Source: Felis catus
Lineage: Eukaryota
Assembly (NCBI RefSeq): GCF_018350175.1
Contig: NC_058382.1
Coordinates: forward strand, 52,702,001 to 52,766,000
Reading direction: 5' to 3'
DNA length: 64,000 bases
Below, piece by piece: positions 12,305-25,634 of the stretch. Numbering within the stretch: position 1 is the stretch's first letter; each line of letters starts with the position of its first letter. Made by a program: the position numbers and the translations under genes. Below the pieces are notes generated by a model that had not been told where the DNA came from, searched no databases, and saw nothing but the letters and a program-made list of their open reading frames with translations.

Positions 12305-14429
12305 GAAATTGTGTTTTATGGTTAACATTTCTACCAGTTGGACGTGCACAGGCTTTGGAGATCCAACTTTCTGCCCTACCGAATTCATCGTCACAGCTTC
12401 AGTCTGCCGTGAGTCTAATTTTTTAACTCCAAGTGATCGTCTTCTTTTCACTTCTGCGAAACATACTGATTCACGTTCCCCGGGGACCCACGTGGGGCTC
12501 CCTCGCACCGGCCCAGCCTGCTGTGTCTTTCTCAAGAAAGGATGGGAAAGCTGTGTGAAGAACAGAGAGGGTAGAGGGCCGCGTTAGAGCTGAACAGGTT
12601 TGAGGAAGAAGACAGGATTGAAACTGCACCTCGCAAGTGTTTACGAGCACCTGACATTGAGCTTCAGACCCCAGGATGGGCGGCTTTGGTTTCCCACATT
12701 GCAGGTCTTTTGAGAAAAACAGTGACTAACCCGCACAGTGCGTAACTCACTTCTCAGAACTTTCGATCAGAAATTATCTGATGACTGGACCAATTCTGAT
12801 CACTGCCCTTTGAGCAGACGCACCCAGGCCCCTCAGTGGCGAGGCGTGCAGAAGGCAGAGAGATCCTACGCATCCTTACCACGGCCCAGGGCGCCTGGGC
12901 TTCCCACCAGGCCACCAGGCACCTGTTTACGAGAACTCACTGGTGTTCTAAGTATATGTCTTATCTGGGCAGTATGATCAGGAAAATAAATTCACCAGCT
13001 TGCCTTAAATGTTTCCATCATGAGGGTACTTATTAGCCTTGTGCTAAAATGTAATATCCGCTTTTTCAAACCACATTTCAAAGTTGATAGCATCACCGGA
13101 TTGAGAAGACTTTTAAAGAAGCGGGCTCAACCAATGAAGAGAAATGAAATCTGCCTGTTCGTCAGTGGGTTTGCTTTACTTTTCTGTGGGTTTCTTTTTT
13201 GTTCTCAATTAAGTATTATTTACAAAAGGCCCCAAGTTTCAGTGCACGCTACGTCTCCCTTTCCGATTCCTGGTAGGCTGGAAAGACGAGGGTTCACCGA
13301 AGAGACGTTGTGTGTTGCCTTCTCAGTTGAGGCCGAGCCTCGTGACCCTGCGTGTCCTGACACATGGCAATGGTGGCAGCTGCCTGGCTCGCCACGAGGC
13401 TTTCATCCCGTGGTTTTCAGGCTGCCATGCCGTCGAGCCTTGATTTGTTGTCAGATTTGCACCGTACCCAGGAGAAGCGTCGATTCACCTTTAAAACCTA
13501 ATGGCCGGCGTTTGGAAAGGATTCCGTTTTTGAAATCCTGCCCCTTTTGACAATGCCAACCCAAGCAGGTAGTAACTCTATCACGTCTCTTTCCACCTTA
13601 ACGTTGCCATGCTTCCTTCAAAAGTGCTCCGGTCCCATGGATGGGGGATCACAGGGCTTCAACATATGACCATTCTGGTAAATTCAGAGATTCTGGCAAA
13701 AAGAAGTTTTCTTAAGAACCATGTCGATTGATTCATAGTACGTGTCTTTGTCAAGCTGAATGGCATACTGTCATGTCAGGAAGCTGATAACCACAGCTCA
13801 GAAAAACCTCGATCTGGCTTTCACATTACCCTTGTGCTCTCTTTAGGAAAAAAAAAAAAAACAAAAAACAATCACCTCACGAATTTGGTCCTGACGATAA
13901 CTTAACATCCCAAGCCATAGAGATTTGATTTGGTGCTTCCTTTAAGAACAGAACAGCTATCAAACTTTGTATAAAAATTCCTTTTCACACTCGAGTAACC
14001 ACCAAAGGCATTTTTGAAAGGACACCCAGACACACACGCAATTGTTCTTTAAAACAAGACAGGAACGTTGCGTTTTAGAAGAGAAGGCAATAGAAATACT
14101 GCTGGAGGGGGGAGAAAAGCAAACAAACGTGCTCAATGATGTTTTTAAAATAATTAAGTATTTCCAGAGTGTACTTACCCATAAAAAAAAAAAAAGTCCC
14201 CAAATTGTTTTCATAGACCCACTTGGTCTTCCTCAGAAAAAAGAGCTTAGGAAAGGATTATGGAGTGACTGGTGTCCCAAAGCCGCTTGGTATTTACAAA
14301 GTGATCGAAAATGGGCTGGGGCTGCTGATGCTAGTCACAACAGCTGGGGCCCTTAATCGTGTGCTACGCCTCCGTTATCACGCCGAAACTCCACCAGAGC
14401 CTTGCAAGATCCGTGTCTGGCTCCCTGGA

Positions 14430-14560
14430 CTTCTTCAGGTGAAGAAATTGCTGAGGCTGATAATTAACTTGCTCAAGGTCACAGTGCTAATGAGAAGCAA
14501 AGCCGTGATAATGATCTGGGACACCTGACTCCTAAGCCCATTCTTTTTCCACAAAGCATG
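14430..14560 (-). mobile_element. MIR fragment
   Basis: AACTTGCTCAAGGTCACAG is the reverse complement of the MIR core. Confidence 0.6.
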
Positions 14561-14759
14561 ACTTCCTCAGATAGTAATTAAGAAACAGTTTCATAAGTAA
14601 TCTTAAAATAAAACTTCTGCGCGCTTTTGTGGCCTGGATTATAAGCCTAAAACATAAAGTCTGTTTCGCAAATACGAAATTTGACCTTCGTAGAGTGACT
14701 CTCTCGGCAAATGTGGGAGATGGCGGCCAGCTGCAGAATATTTATACACACGTATATCT

Positions 14760-16880
14760 GTATAATGAGGTGTAATCTTCATACCCTAAAGTTAATGTAG
14801 TTTAAGGATACTGTTTTCTGGATTTCAGCAGACGTGCGTGTGTCCACACCCACGTAATCACCACCGCGATTTGGACGTAGAACATTCGCGTAACCCTAAT
14901 AAATTCCATCTTTCTTATTTACAGTGAATCCCTCCACTCCCAGAGGCTTTCTTCTTGTCCATTTAACTTAGTTCCACCTATGCTAGAACATCATTTCACG
15001 GAAATCAGGCCGATTTTTTGTCTGGCTCCTTTAGCGCAACCTCGTATTTCTGAGACCCATCTCTGTCGATGTGCTTATCAGTACGTTTTCTTTTTTCAGG
15101 GTTGAGTAGTGTGCCATTTTGAAAATCTCCCACAGTCTGTGTATCTACGCACCTGTTGATGAGCACAGAGTGGTTTGCTATTCCGAATAAGGCTGTTGTG
15201 AATATTCCTGTAAAAACCTTCTTCCGCATTTTTATTTCTTTTTGGTAAACTCCTAGGTGTAAAATTCTGGACTCTTAGGGTCTGCATGTGCCACTTTAAG
15301 TTGCTGCCAAACAGTTGTCTAAAGTGGTTTTACCATTTTAAACTCCCCCTGGAAGCGTGTGAGAATTCGTAGTGCTTCACATCCTCACCGATACTTGGTA
15401 TTTTCAGTCTTTTTAATTATAGCCATCCTCGTGGGTGTGAAATGGTATCTCTTGGTTTAATTTTGCATTTTCCTGATGACTAACGCATCTTTTTATGACC
15501 TCATTAGCCAGTCATATGTTTTTCTTTCTGTGAAGTGATTATTCACCTATTTGGCCATTTAACAAAAAATTGGGGTTGTTTGTCTTTATCTTATTGAGTT
15601 GTAGAGCTTCTTTATATATTTTGGATTTGAGCCTTCATCATGTGACATTGTAAATTTCCTCCTCGTCTGTATCTTCTCTATTCCCTCCTTAATGGTGTCT
15701 TTTGAAAAGCAAAACATTTTAATCTAGATAATGTCTGGTTTTTCTTTTTTTTTTCTTTTGTCATTGTTCTAATAAAATCATCACTGATCCCAAGGTCAAA
15801 AAGATTTTTTTTTTTCCTAGAAGCTTCATAGTTTGTTTTACATTTAGGTCTATGTTCTGTCTCAAATTAATTTGTGTATATGGTGTGAGGTAAGGATAGA
15901 AGTTTATTTTTCCCCCATACAGACCTCCAGATAGTTGTTCCCACACTCTTTGTTGAAAGACTAATCTCCTTATTGAATTTCCTTGGCTCTTTTGTCAAAA
16001 ATCAATTGACTATATGTTTGAGGATCTATTTTTAGAGTCTCTATTGTACTCCATTGATCTATTTGCTTTTTCTTATGGCTATACCTACTTTATTGATTAC
16101 TGTGGATTTACAGTAAATTTTGAAGGTAGGTAGTATAAAGATTCCAACTTTATTCTGTATTTCAAGATTGTTTCGGTATCCTAGCTACTTTGGTTTTTCC
16201 ACTGCAATTGTAGGATTAGCTTCTCAATTTCTGTTAAAAGCCTTGCTGAGATTTTATTTGGTATGATATTGAATCCACTGATCATTTCGAGGAGGATTGA
16301 AATCTTCACACTATTGAGTATCATAATCCATAAGCCTATATCTATTTGCTTATGTCTTCTTTAATTCCTCCCAATGATGTTTTATAGTTTTCCGTATAGA
16401 GGTCTTATGCCTTTTTATTTATTCTTAAACATTTTGCTTCTTATGCTATTGTAAATGACATTTTTAAGTGTCTTTTTTTTCTAATTGTCCGTTGCTAATG
16501 TGTAGAAATAAAATAGATTCTAGCAAGATGATCTTATATCCTGTGACTTTGAAGCTTTTTAGTTTCTTTCTTTCTTTCTTTCTTTTTTTTTTTTTTAGTA
16601 TTCCATAGGAATTTCTATGTCTCCAAATAGATAGAGGTCTCCTTCCTTCGCCATGATTTTTCTCTTGTTTCTTTTTCTTATGTTAATGCACGTGTAGAAC
16701 CACCAGGAATGTTGAATAGATGTGTAAAGAGGAGACATCATTGCCTTATTTAGTATTTTTCCATTAGGTATGATGCTAATTGCAGACTGTTAGTACATGT
16801 TCTTTATTAGATTGACTAGTTTGTGTTTATTTCAGTTTGCTGAGAGTTCTAGTATAAATAGGCATGCATACATATTGTAC
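14760..16880 (-). mobile_element. Old L1 (L1MC/ME-like), 3'UTR and degenerate ORF2
   Basis: Minus ORFs give FTGIFTTALFGIAN and YPYLTPYTQINLRQNIDLNVKQTMKLL, resembling L1 ORF2 motifs. Confidence 0.85.
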
Positions 16881-16929
16881 ATTCTTATTATTTTCTGTGT
16901 ATTCAGGGTAGTTTAGCTCATTGGTAGAA

Positions 16930-17100
16930 AGAGTGGGTGCTGGCATCGTCACCCCAGATCTTTGAGTTGCCCACAAACACGGCCAGGGCAAATAACTTAT
17001 TTCCTCTGTGAACTGAGGTTTCCTCATCTGTAACTGGAAATCGTATGCAAAGACCTCACATAGTAACTGACACTTAGCACTCCGTAAACGCTAGCTCGTC
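16930..17100 (+). mobile_element. MIR fragment
   Basis: GGGCAAATAACTT...GTTTCCTCATCTGTAA core. Confidence 0.6.
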
Positions 17101-20100
17101 TTTTAATATGGCATTTATGGGAAAACGGAGGGTATATTCCAGCATCATGGAAAGCACCTGTCCTGAACACTGAGAACATCAGCCCTACCGGCCACTGTCC
17201 GTTTTGAAGACAAGATAAGATCACTGGCTTATGGGGTTGATCTTGGTGTAGACTTTTACAGACGCCCAAAATGACTCTCCCTTTTCACATTCCACTTTCC
17301 TAGTTTTGAAAGTTGAAGTAGATCTGTGTGATCCCTGCAGAATTATGTGCAAACTAGCATTAAGATGAAAATCTTTTATATTTGTTCTGTAGCTTGGAAA
17401 ACTAGTGCATGGTCTGTTTTATTCCACTGGCTCCTGAGGTTCAGGTATTAACATAAATACAGCCCATTAACACTTGTTCCTCTCTGTCAGGACATAAATT
17501 AAGTCTGCAGGTGTTCCATGAAGCTGTACCCTTGGTACTAATTAAGCCTTGATAATTAGGTTTGTTAAATTCAGGACTTTAAGCTTATATTCCCTCTTTG
17601 GGCTACCAAAACCGGAGATGTGCAACATTCAAACCCTCCCCTCCCCCCACTTTTTTTTTTCTTGCAGAGAGCTTTGCTGCTCCTCCCTTCTATTCCATTA
17701 TTATTAGTATTAGCATGAGTATTGTTAGTAGTATTACTGTTAAAGTGAAGAAGGAGTCACTAACGAACCCTTCACCATTTTGCCAACTCTGGGTATAAAT
17801 GTTGAAGGGGATCTGTACGTTTGTTTATGATGAGATTAAAGTTTTTTCTTCTCCTGTTTTGTGTCAGCTCAGACACTGACGTGGAGAGTTTCCAGCCTGG
17901 CTTAGCCCATGTACTGAACATGCCCAGATCTGTGCCTCAAACCCAAATGAACTGTCACTTACGAACATATGTTGCTGTCATTAAAAGCTAGGCATGTAAT
18001 GAACGCAGCACTGAAGTAATTTGTGCTTGTATTTTTCCCTTTAAAAATGAGACATTTTATTAATAGGAAAGTAGTTATTTGAAAATGAAGGGATCCTGGA
18101 GTCACAGTGGTACCTACTCCCCCTGGAGTTTTCCAAACAGAGATCCTTGTTTGGAGGACCAGGAGAATATTTTGTGGCTGTCAGGTTATTTGTAACCAGA
18201 ACACAAACCACAAAATCATCTAATCAAAATAGATTTTCTCTCCAGTTCATCTTTCCTCTTTGGTTGCTTTATAAATCTTATTACTCATCGGATCCGATGT
18301 TTGGCGAGTGCCATTTTTCATTTTGAATAAATGGAATCATAAAAACAACTCCATTAGTGCTGCTTTCAATAATATTCTTGGTGATCATGCTAACTTAATA
18401 CTCTCTTCTTTTATTTCAAGAATATTAAATAAAGTTATACTTTTACTAGGAAGCATTCTTTTTTTTTTTTTTTTTTTCCAAAAAACACAGTTTATACTGC
18501 AAGGGACTCATAAAGCCAGATCAGTTCCATGTTTTCTTTGGCATTCTCTTCCCAAGAAGCCCCGTGATTAATCTGTCCAGAAAAGGGCCAGTTTTCACCA
18601 GCACTCACATCCCGAAGCTTCAAAGAACTCATTCCACAGAACGGGCCACCCCTCTCTTTTCTGACCCAACCTCACTTTTAGACATTGCTCACATCCAGAA
18701 GCCCCAGTTTTCTCCTTCAAGCACGGTGTTCAAAGTCCATCTTCAAAGTCCCCAGCGCAGAGCTCCCCGTGCCTCCCCCCCCCATGACAGCAGGACAGGA
18801 GGAAGACCCAGAGATGAAGAGATGGACTTTGAAGGAAACAGTTTGAGCAATAATCCAAAGGCTTGCCTTTGTTTTGCTAAATGTGGGAGGTTAAGGATCT
18901 GAGGGTGTGTGTTTGCAGGGCCCTACTATTTCATCAGGGTTGTAGAATATCCCAGATGCCGGAGAATGTCGCTTGCCCAAGAGCCCTATGCTGATAGGAA
19001 CGGGGCGTTTTTGTTTGAATTATTTCTTCTTTTCCAGCTCTGTTCTCTGTCTTCTTTGTCTCTCCTCCCTCCCCCTTTTCAAAACCGGCTGGCACTGGCT
19101 GTGCCAGACCACCCCCCCTCCATGTGCATTCTGATGCTGTCCCTGCTGGGTGCAGTGCAGGGACAGCGGGGACCCTCGCCCCCAAGTCACCTGCCAGCCC
19201 GAGCCCCTCTGCAGCAAGCGCTGTCCCTGAGCCCCTCACTTTTGGGGAGGCAGGAATTAGAGTGGGGGTTGGTGTAAGAACTGCATGTTTGCAGCATATC
19301 TGGCCGGCGGGCAGTCTCTCCTTGTCAGTCCCCCGGGACACCCCAGAAATCTTTCTCCTGGTGAAAATCAGGCAGGCTGGCAGTCCTCTTAGTTGTGTTT
19401 GAAGCAACCTTGCACACTCCACGCTCTACACTCGGCCGTCAACGACTTAGCCTTGTTACGTTGCAGTGAAACCCCACCACATCCCTTTGTATCTTTTTTG
19501 GAACTGCTTCTGCACTGCATAATTGACATTACAGGGAGGAAAAGTGCTCCGAGTAATATTCTTCACCGAGTAAAGAGTCACCGCTGATTAATTACCTCAA
19601 GGACGAGGGGATGGCGGCTTTTTCTCTTCTCATTGGAAGCCCCTTGCATCCCGCAGCTGCACGCGGGGCAGGGAGGGAAGGCCAGGGCTCAGAGGTGGGC
19701 GAACAGCTGGGGTGAAGGCATTTCAAATGTCAGGCAGCCGGTTAGACTGCGGCATATTCAGGCCTTCCCGGGGACTGCGGCGCGGGCCTGCGCCGAGGCT
19801 GTGCCCTGAGCTCAGGATCTGACACCAGCTTCCAAATGCTGTCTCTCTCTGCTTGGGGCTGGAACCCGCATGCCAGGGCTAAGCCATCAGGCCGGGCTCT
19901 GCAGGGGCTGCGGGACCAGAGCAGCTCGATATTTCCTGCTCGGTGAGAAAGGCCAGCTCTTTTCTTAGTGGGAATCCGCTTTCCCACCCACTGCCTTCTA
20001 AGAATGAAAGCAAATCTATTGTGCTTTTTTTTGTCTTGTTTTGTTTTCCCACTCCAGTTTCAGCCTTGATTTGCATGGTTGTTTCTTCCCCTCCATTTCA

Positions 20101-20834
20101 TGTTAGTTTCCTAATTGAGGAGTAAGTGAAGAGTGAGCAGGGACTAGACAGTTTCTCCCAGTGGCTTGCACAGCAGGAGTCCCTGCTAGGTTCAGGGCTT
20201 AACATTCCTCTTTGCCCTTTGGACTCCCCCAAAGGGAGGCATATACCTTCTTCAGGCCCCCTTTCCTCAGCCCTTAAAGGAAGGCACGCGGATGGGTCAC
20301 CTGTGAGTTCCTTTGATTCCTGGTCGTGTTAGGCGTGCAGGGCATTTGTGACGTAATTTGTCGAATGTGATGGTTATTCGTTCAACCGATGCTCATTGAG
20401 AAGCTGTTGTGTGCCGGGAGAGCTGCTGAGCCCAAGTGTAGAAACCAGAGCCTAGAAAACCAGGTTTGGCACAAAACAGAGGGAGGATCTATAAACCCTG
20501 CTGGTGTGATATGAAACTGCATCAGACAGCAGTGTCCACACCAGCTCTCAGCCCAACATGGAATCACACAAGAAAACAGACTTACATGGGGATTTCTAAC
20601 CCGCTGCGTTAGCTTCTGAGCAATGCGGGGGGGGGGGGGGGGGGAGGGGATGAATAGTGACCAACACTAATTTTTTTTTAAGTATTAAAGATTTTTGTTT
20701 TTCTTACAGTAGATACTTTATTCCAGAAACATTAAATTCAGAAAACATAAGCCTAATGATAAAAGTTGTGTCAGTTTTACATCAGTTGCTTCTCTGGCTC
20801 TGTTGAAGTTCCCTGAGAAAGGAAACTTGTCTTT

Positions 20835-21048
20835 GGGCCACCTGGGTGGCTCAGTTGGTTAAGCGTCCGACTCTTGGCTTCAGCTCAGGTCTTGGTCTCG
20901 CGGTTCATGAGTTCGAGCCCCGCATGGGGCTCTGTGCTGACGGCACGGAGCCTGCTTAGGATTCTCTCCGTCTCTCCCTGCCCGTCCGCTGCTCTCTCTG
21001 TCTCAATATAAGTAAATAAACTTTTTAAAAAAATGTTTTTAGATCTAA
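20835..21048 (+). mobile_element. Can-SINE
   Basis: Head, B-box GTTCGAGCC, tail; imperfect TSD GAAACTTG(T/G)CTT. Confidence 0.9.
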
Positions 21049-21821
21049 GAAACTTGGCTTCACGTGTCTTTCCCTGCTTCCCCTTCCACCCCAGCAGTGG
21101 GAGGTAATGATATGGTCAACCTCACTGGTTTGTCTGAGGATCCAAAGAAATGTGGAAGGAGCTTAAACACATCACCTGGCAGGTTGTTATTAGCCAACAA
21201 TTTCTGAAAAATTCCTAAGCCAATAAGTACATCTTGCTGACGTATGCATTGATTTAACCAACAGACCACCTGCACATCTATGGTGCTGCTAATTTCAGTG
21301 TGGCCCGGGTATGGTGTGGTAAAGAGAACACATCCCTAAACCTAGTTTAATCCCGACCCACCCCCCCTACCTTATTATTCACTGTGAGAGCTTATTTTCT
21401 TTAACTGCGAGATGAGCTTGAGAGTAACAAGGATGCTGAAGATTTGGGATGATCGTAATGACAGGAGTAATAAAAATTGTAATCGTGGTAGCATTGCCCG
21501 TGCTGTGCCTTGGGTTCCTGTGATGTGCCAGGTACTGAGCATGTTCCATTTAGTTCTCGGAGCTCTGTGGAGCTCGTGTCATTCCCAATTGACAAAGGGG
21601 GGAAGGGACAAAGCAGATGAGTCATTTTCTGCAGGTTACACAGCCTAAGGAGTGGAGATTCCCTGCGCCTACAAGTAGTGGAAACCTCAAAGCTATAACC
21701 ATTCCATCAACAACACCTTCATCTTCTTATCAACATTGCCTCTGTCCTGAAAGTAGGGGCCTCCACTGATGTTAGCAAACCAGGAAAACCCTTCTGAAAA
21801 AAAAAAAAAACTGTTACCACA

Positions 21822-22035
21822 GGGCGCTGGGTGGCTCAGTTGGTTAAGGGTCAGGCTTCAGCTCAGGTCATGATCTCGCAGTTCATGAGTTCAAGCCCTG
21901 TGTCGGGCTCTGCAGACAGCTCAGAGCCTGGAGCCTGCTTTGGATTCTGTGTCTCCCTCTCTTTCTGCCCCTCCCCCACTTGTGCAGTGTTTCCCTGTCT
22001 CTCAAAAATGAATAAACATTAAAAAAAAAAAAAAA
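21822..22035 (+). mobile_element. Can-SINE
   Basis: TSD CTGTTACCA at 21811-21819 and 22037-22045. Confidence 0.95.
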
Positions 22036-22287
22036 CCTGTTACCAAACTAGCAACACACACAAAGACAAACACTGGGGTTAGGGCTTTTCTTTAAAGCAA
22101 AAGTTGCCACTTCTAGGTGCTTTGAGCGCATCACTTAGATGACCTTATAAATGCTTTCTCTGGGTGGGGGAGTCACTAAAAATGTGAATACTTCCTTTGC
22201 CAGGTCCAGCTTGCGCTCCAGGTGTCTGTGCTATGATTACAGACCATATCTTTGTCACCCAGACTGGGGCCTTTTTAAGAGGGGGCA

Positions 22288-22404
22288 GGGGCACCTAGGT
22301 GGCTCAGTCTTATTTCAGCTCAGGTCGTGATCTCATCATTCGTGGGTTCAAGCCCCGCATCTCTCTCTTCCTTTCTCTCCTCTCTCTCTGTCCCTCTTCC
22401 TCTC

Positions 22405-22451
<47 letters not shown>
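22288..22451 (+). mobile_element. Internally deleted Can-SINE with (TAAA)n tail
   Basis: Shortened head and body; TSD GAGGGGGCAGG at 22279-22289 and 22453-22463. Confidence 0.85.
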
Positions 22452-22533
22452 GGAGGGGGCAGGTAATTACTGGGACAGTGGGCATAATCATTTTAACTGT
22501 GACCCATCCTACTTTCTAAAATTCTAGGGTCTT

Positions 22534-22693
22534 GGGGCACCTGGGTGGCTCAGTCCATTAGTGTCTGACTTTGGCTCAGGTCATGATCTCTCAGTTCATG
22601 GGTTCAAGCCCCATGTCGAGATCTGTGCTGACAGCTCAGGGCCTGCAGCCTGCTTCGGTTTCTGTGTCTCCTTCTGTCTCTCTGTCCCTCCCT

Positions 22694-22745
<52 letters not shown>

Positions 22746-22790
22746 AATAAATAAACATTAAAAGAATTTTTTTTTAATAAATAAATAAAA
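22534..22790 (+). mobile_element. Can-SINE
   Basis: 17-bp TSD TAAAATTCTAGGGTCTT at 22517-22533 and 22791-22807. Confidence 0.95.
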
Positions 22791-23349
22791 TAAAATTCTA
22801 GGGTCTTTGCTTCTGGGCTTTTTGTCAATCTTTGGTCCTACTCCAGTGAATCCTTCTCAGGTGAGTGGTTGGGGGGGAGAAGGGGGAAGTGTGGGGGAGA
22901 GCTGGAAGGAAATAAGCATCTTTTTCTCTAGAAAAAAATCACACCTGTTTCCTGCTTCTTGCTCCCCTTGGTTCTCTGCATCATGTGTCTTTATATTCTA
23001 CCCCTACGTCCCAATGGAGTACCCCACCCTTGAGTGCCATTATAACCACATACGATAAAATATATTGTCATTCTCTGTTGCTTTTCACCAGAACTGTGAA
23101 TCCCTAAGACTTGTATCTTTGGGGTCAACTAGCAATATTGTAGATCGAGATCTTCATGACCCTAGCCTAGGACTAACCCTAGGTGGTGGGTTGTACCTCT
23201 GGTCACCCAACTGCTGCCCTTGGCATGAGGCTGTTGGCAGGCCCCAGGAGAGAAGAAAGACTGATTGCTTGCTAATTTCACTTGCGTGTTGGGTCTACAT
23301 ATATTTGCTTCCAACTTGACGAAAACCTGAGGTGGGAAGATTCTGATCT

Positions 23350-23436
23350 AAAAGAAAGAAGGAAGGAAAGAAAGGAAGGAAGGAAAAAGGGAAGGGAGGG
23401 GAGGGGAGGGGAGGGGAGGGGAGGGGAGGGGAGAAA
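23350..23436. repeat. (GAAG)n/(GGGGA)n purine tract
   Basis: Direct reading. Confidence 0.9.
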
Positions 23437-23622
23437 TATCAAGTAAATGGCTGTTGATGGACCCCTGAAAGAATTGTTCCATTAATAAGAAGGGTGGAGT
23501 AGGAGCTTAAAGATGTAAGCCACCAGATGCACGTATAGTATCCTATATTTGTGAAATTCAATTAAAAAAAAAAGGATTTATTAAGAACATAATCCCAGGA
23601 GCTCTCAATGTCAAATGTTAGT

Positions 23623-24124
23623 TGTACAGGGGAGAAAAAATGTTTTCCCCAACCCTCTTGGGGTCCCTGGCTGGGTCTGAAAATGAAACTGCCAAAGATA
23701 GGTCAATAAGAGAAAAGCCTATAGATTCTCATTTAGTATAAGTTTTGCATGACATGGGAGCCTTCATAAGGAAGTGAAGGCCGGAAGCAACATTGAGACC
23801 TGAATATTTTCGTGGTAGGTTTGAGGAAGAGTGGACAGACATGACAGAATATGACTGGCTGAGAAGTGGCCTGTTTTTTTGTTTTTTGTTTTGTTGTTGT
23901 TGTTGTTGTTTGATTCTTTGTCTTCAGAGAAAAAGCTGTTCCTTTCCTCTGGGTTTAGGCAAGGCACCTGTCACATGAAAGTTTTATGACCTGTTTCCGG
24001 GGAGAAGGGCAAGAGAACATGAGGGTAACTTCTCTGTTCCTGCCATTTTATCAGACTCCTTCAGCTTAAACATTTAATATTCCAAGGTGCCACATTTTGG
24101 GGTAACTGGTCCTGAACTCCATTG
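23623..24124 (-). mobile_element. ERV1-class solo LTR (MER34/MER39-like)
   Basis: Reverse complement begins ATGGAGTTCAGGACC...ACCCCAAAATGTGGCACCTTGGAATATT...TTTAAGCTGAAGGA, like the MER34-group 5' end; about 500 bp. Confidence 0.75.
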
Positions 24125-24320
24125 GTTGCATCAAACACACCTCCACCCAAATTGCCAGAACTTGGCCCAAGTTCTTAGTGTTAGAGTGTCCCCAACTCAG
24201 CCATCCCACTCTCCTCCTCCCTTACCTTAGTTAACCAAGGGTCAGAGATCCAGAAAGGAAAAAATAGCTTTGTACTTGGAACTTAGTAGTGATTCAATAA
24301 ATGTCTCTGGGATGGGAAGG

Positions 24321-24372
24321 TGGATGGATGGATGGATGGATGGATGGATGGATGGATGGGTGGATGGGTGGA
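24321..24372. repeat. (TGGA)n microsatellite, probably at a degraded L2 tail
   Basis: Direct reading; preceded by TAGTAGTGATTCAATAAATG. Confidence 0.85.
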
Positions 24373-25182
24373 CAGACAGACGAATGAATGACCCAGGCTA
24401 CAGTATTTCTGTCTTCTTGGTTACAGGCCTTGGGTAAGCTCAGGAGTCTGAGGGGAATCCCACATAACTCCTATAAACCAAGGATTCCTCTGCAAAGTTT
24501 CAACCATTTAGGGAGAGCTAGGGTAACAGCAAACCACCTTTGGGGTGAATTACGTCCCAGGGCCTTTTGGAACAGAACCATTTTGTCCCCCCACAAGGGA
24601 GGAGTAGGAGGAATGGCAGAATTTAGCTTCAGAAGAAAGCTTCTTGGCCTTGAAGGAGATGACTTTGTTACTACTGTGTAAGCCCAGCAGGAAGGACTCT
24701 TTGATGTGTAAATGTGACCTGATAAGGACTTCCTCTAATCCCCCCACCCCTGGCAGGAATTCTCTCCCAGGGAGGCCTCCCGGCCCCTCCCATCCAGAGC
24801 CCTGCCCTGGGCTATCTGCCTGTTTGGCACCCCATCCGCTGTCCTCTGTAGAATCAGGCCCTGATTGCAATGTGGTCGGGGCTTCTGAAGAGAGACAGAA
24901 TCCGTACACATCTTCCAGGAGATGAGGGAAGGCGGGAGGGAAGACAGAACTTTCCTTTGGCCCCAGGTCTGTCAAGACTTGGGAGGAACCTGATTCTCTC
25001 TGTGTGAGTGAGCCTCCTTCAACCTCCCCAAGTTCCCGTAGCTCTGTGGGGACAAGGTCTCCTGACCTTTCATTACCTTTATAACCCAAGGTGTTCTGTT
25101 CATGTGCGCAAACCCAGCACCGAGCGAGACCAGGAATAATAGGATAGTATGTCAAATTCCCTGATTCCATGGCGATGTCATT

Positions 25183-25214
<32 letters not shown>

Positions 25215-25333
25215 GTGCATGTGTGAATAAAAAAGGAAAAAAGGAAAGGGGCACACAAAGGAGCCATTGGCAGGTGGTGAGGAGTGCTGTTTAGGAAATA
25301 AAATTGCACAGTAAGTGGCATGAGTGGTGTTAC

Positions 25334-25634
25334 TTTTATTTTATTTTATTTTATTTTATTTTATTTTATTTTATTTTATTTTATTTTATTTTATTTATTT
25401 TTTAAGTTATTGGTTTATTTTGAGAGAGAGAGAGCGAGCACAAGTGGGGGAGGGCCAGAAAGGGAGGGAAAGAGAGAGAGAGAATCCCAAGCGGGGTCTA
25501 CACCCTCAGTGCCGACAGAGCCCGATGCGGGGCTCAAACCCACGAAACGCGATGGAACCCACGAACCGCAAGATCATGACCTGAGCCGAAGCCAAGAGTT
25601 GGACGCTTAACCAACTGGGCCAGCCAGGTGCTCA
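25334..25634 (-). mobile_element. Can-SINE with (TTTTA)n tail and small internal duplication
   Basis: Antisense SINE; AACCCACGAA occurs twice internally; no clear TSD. Confidence 0.9.

Noticed and set aside
19217..19232. REST/NRSE half-site (GCGCTGTCC)
   Set aside because: The partner half-site is missing
19038..19274. Possible exon after a strong acceptor TTCTTCTTTTCCAG
   Set aside because: Donor is weak, pyrimidine-rich sequence continues into the putative exon, and the peptide is unrecognisable
24550..25254. 234-aa minus-strand ORF
   Set aside because: Non-ATG start, includes (CA)n translation, no recognisable homology
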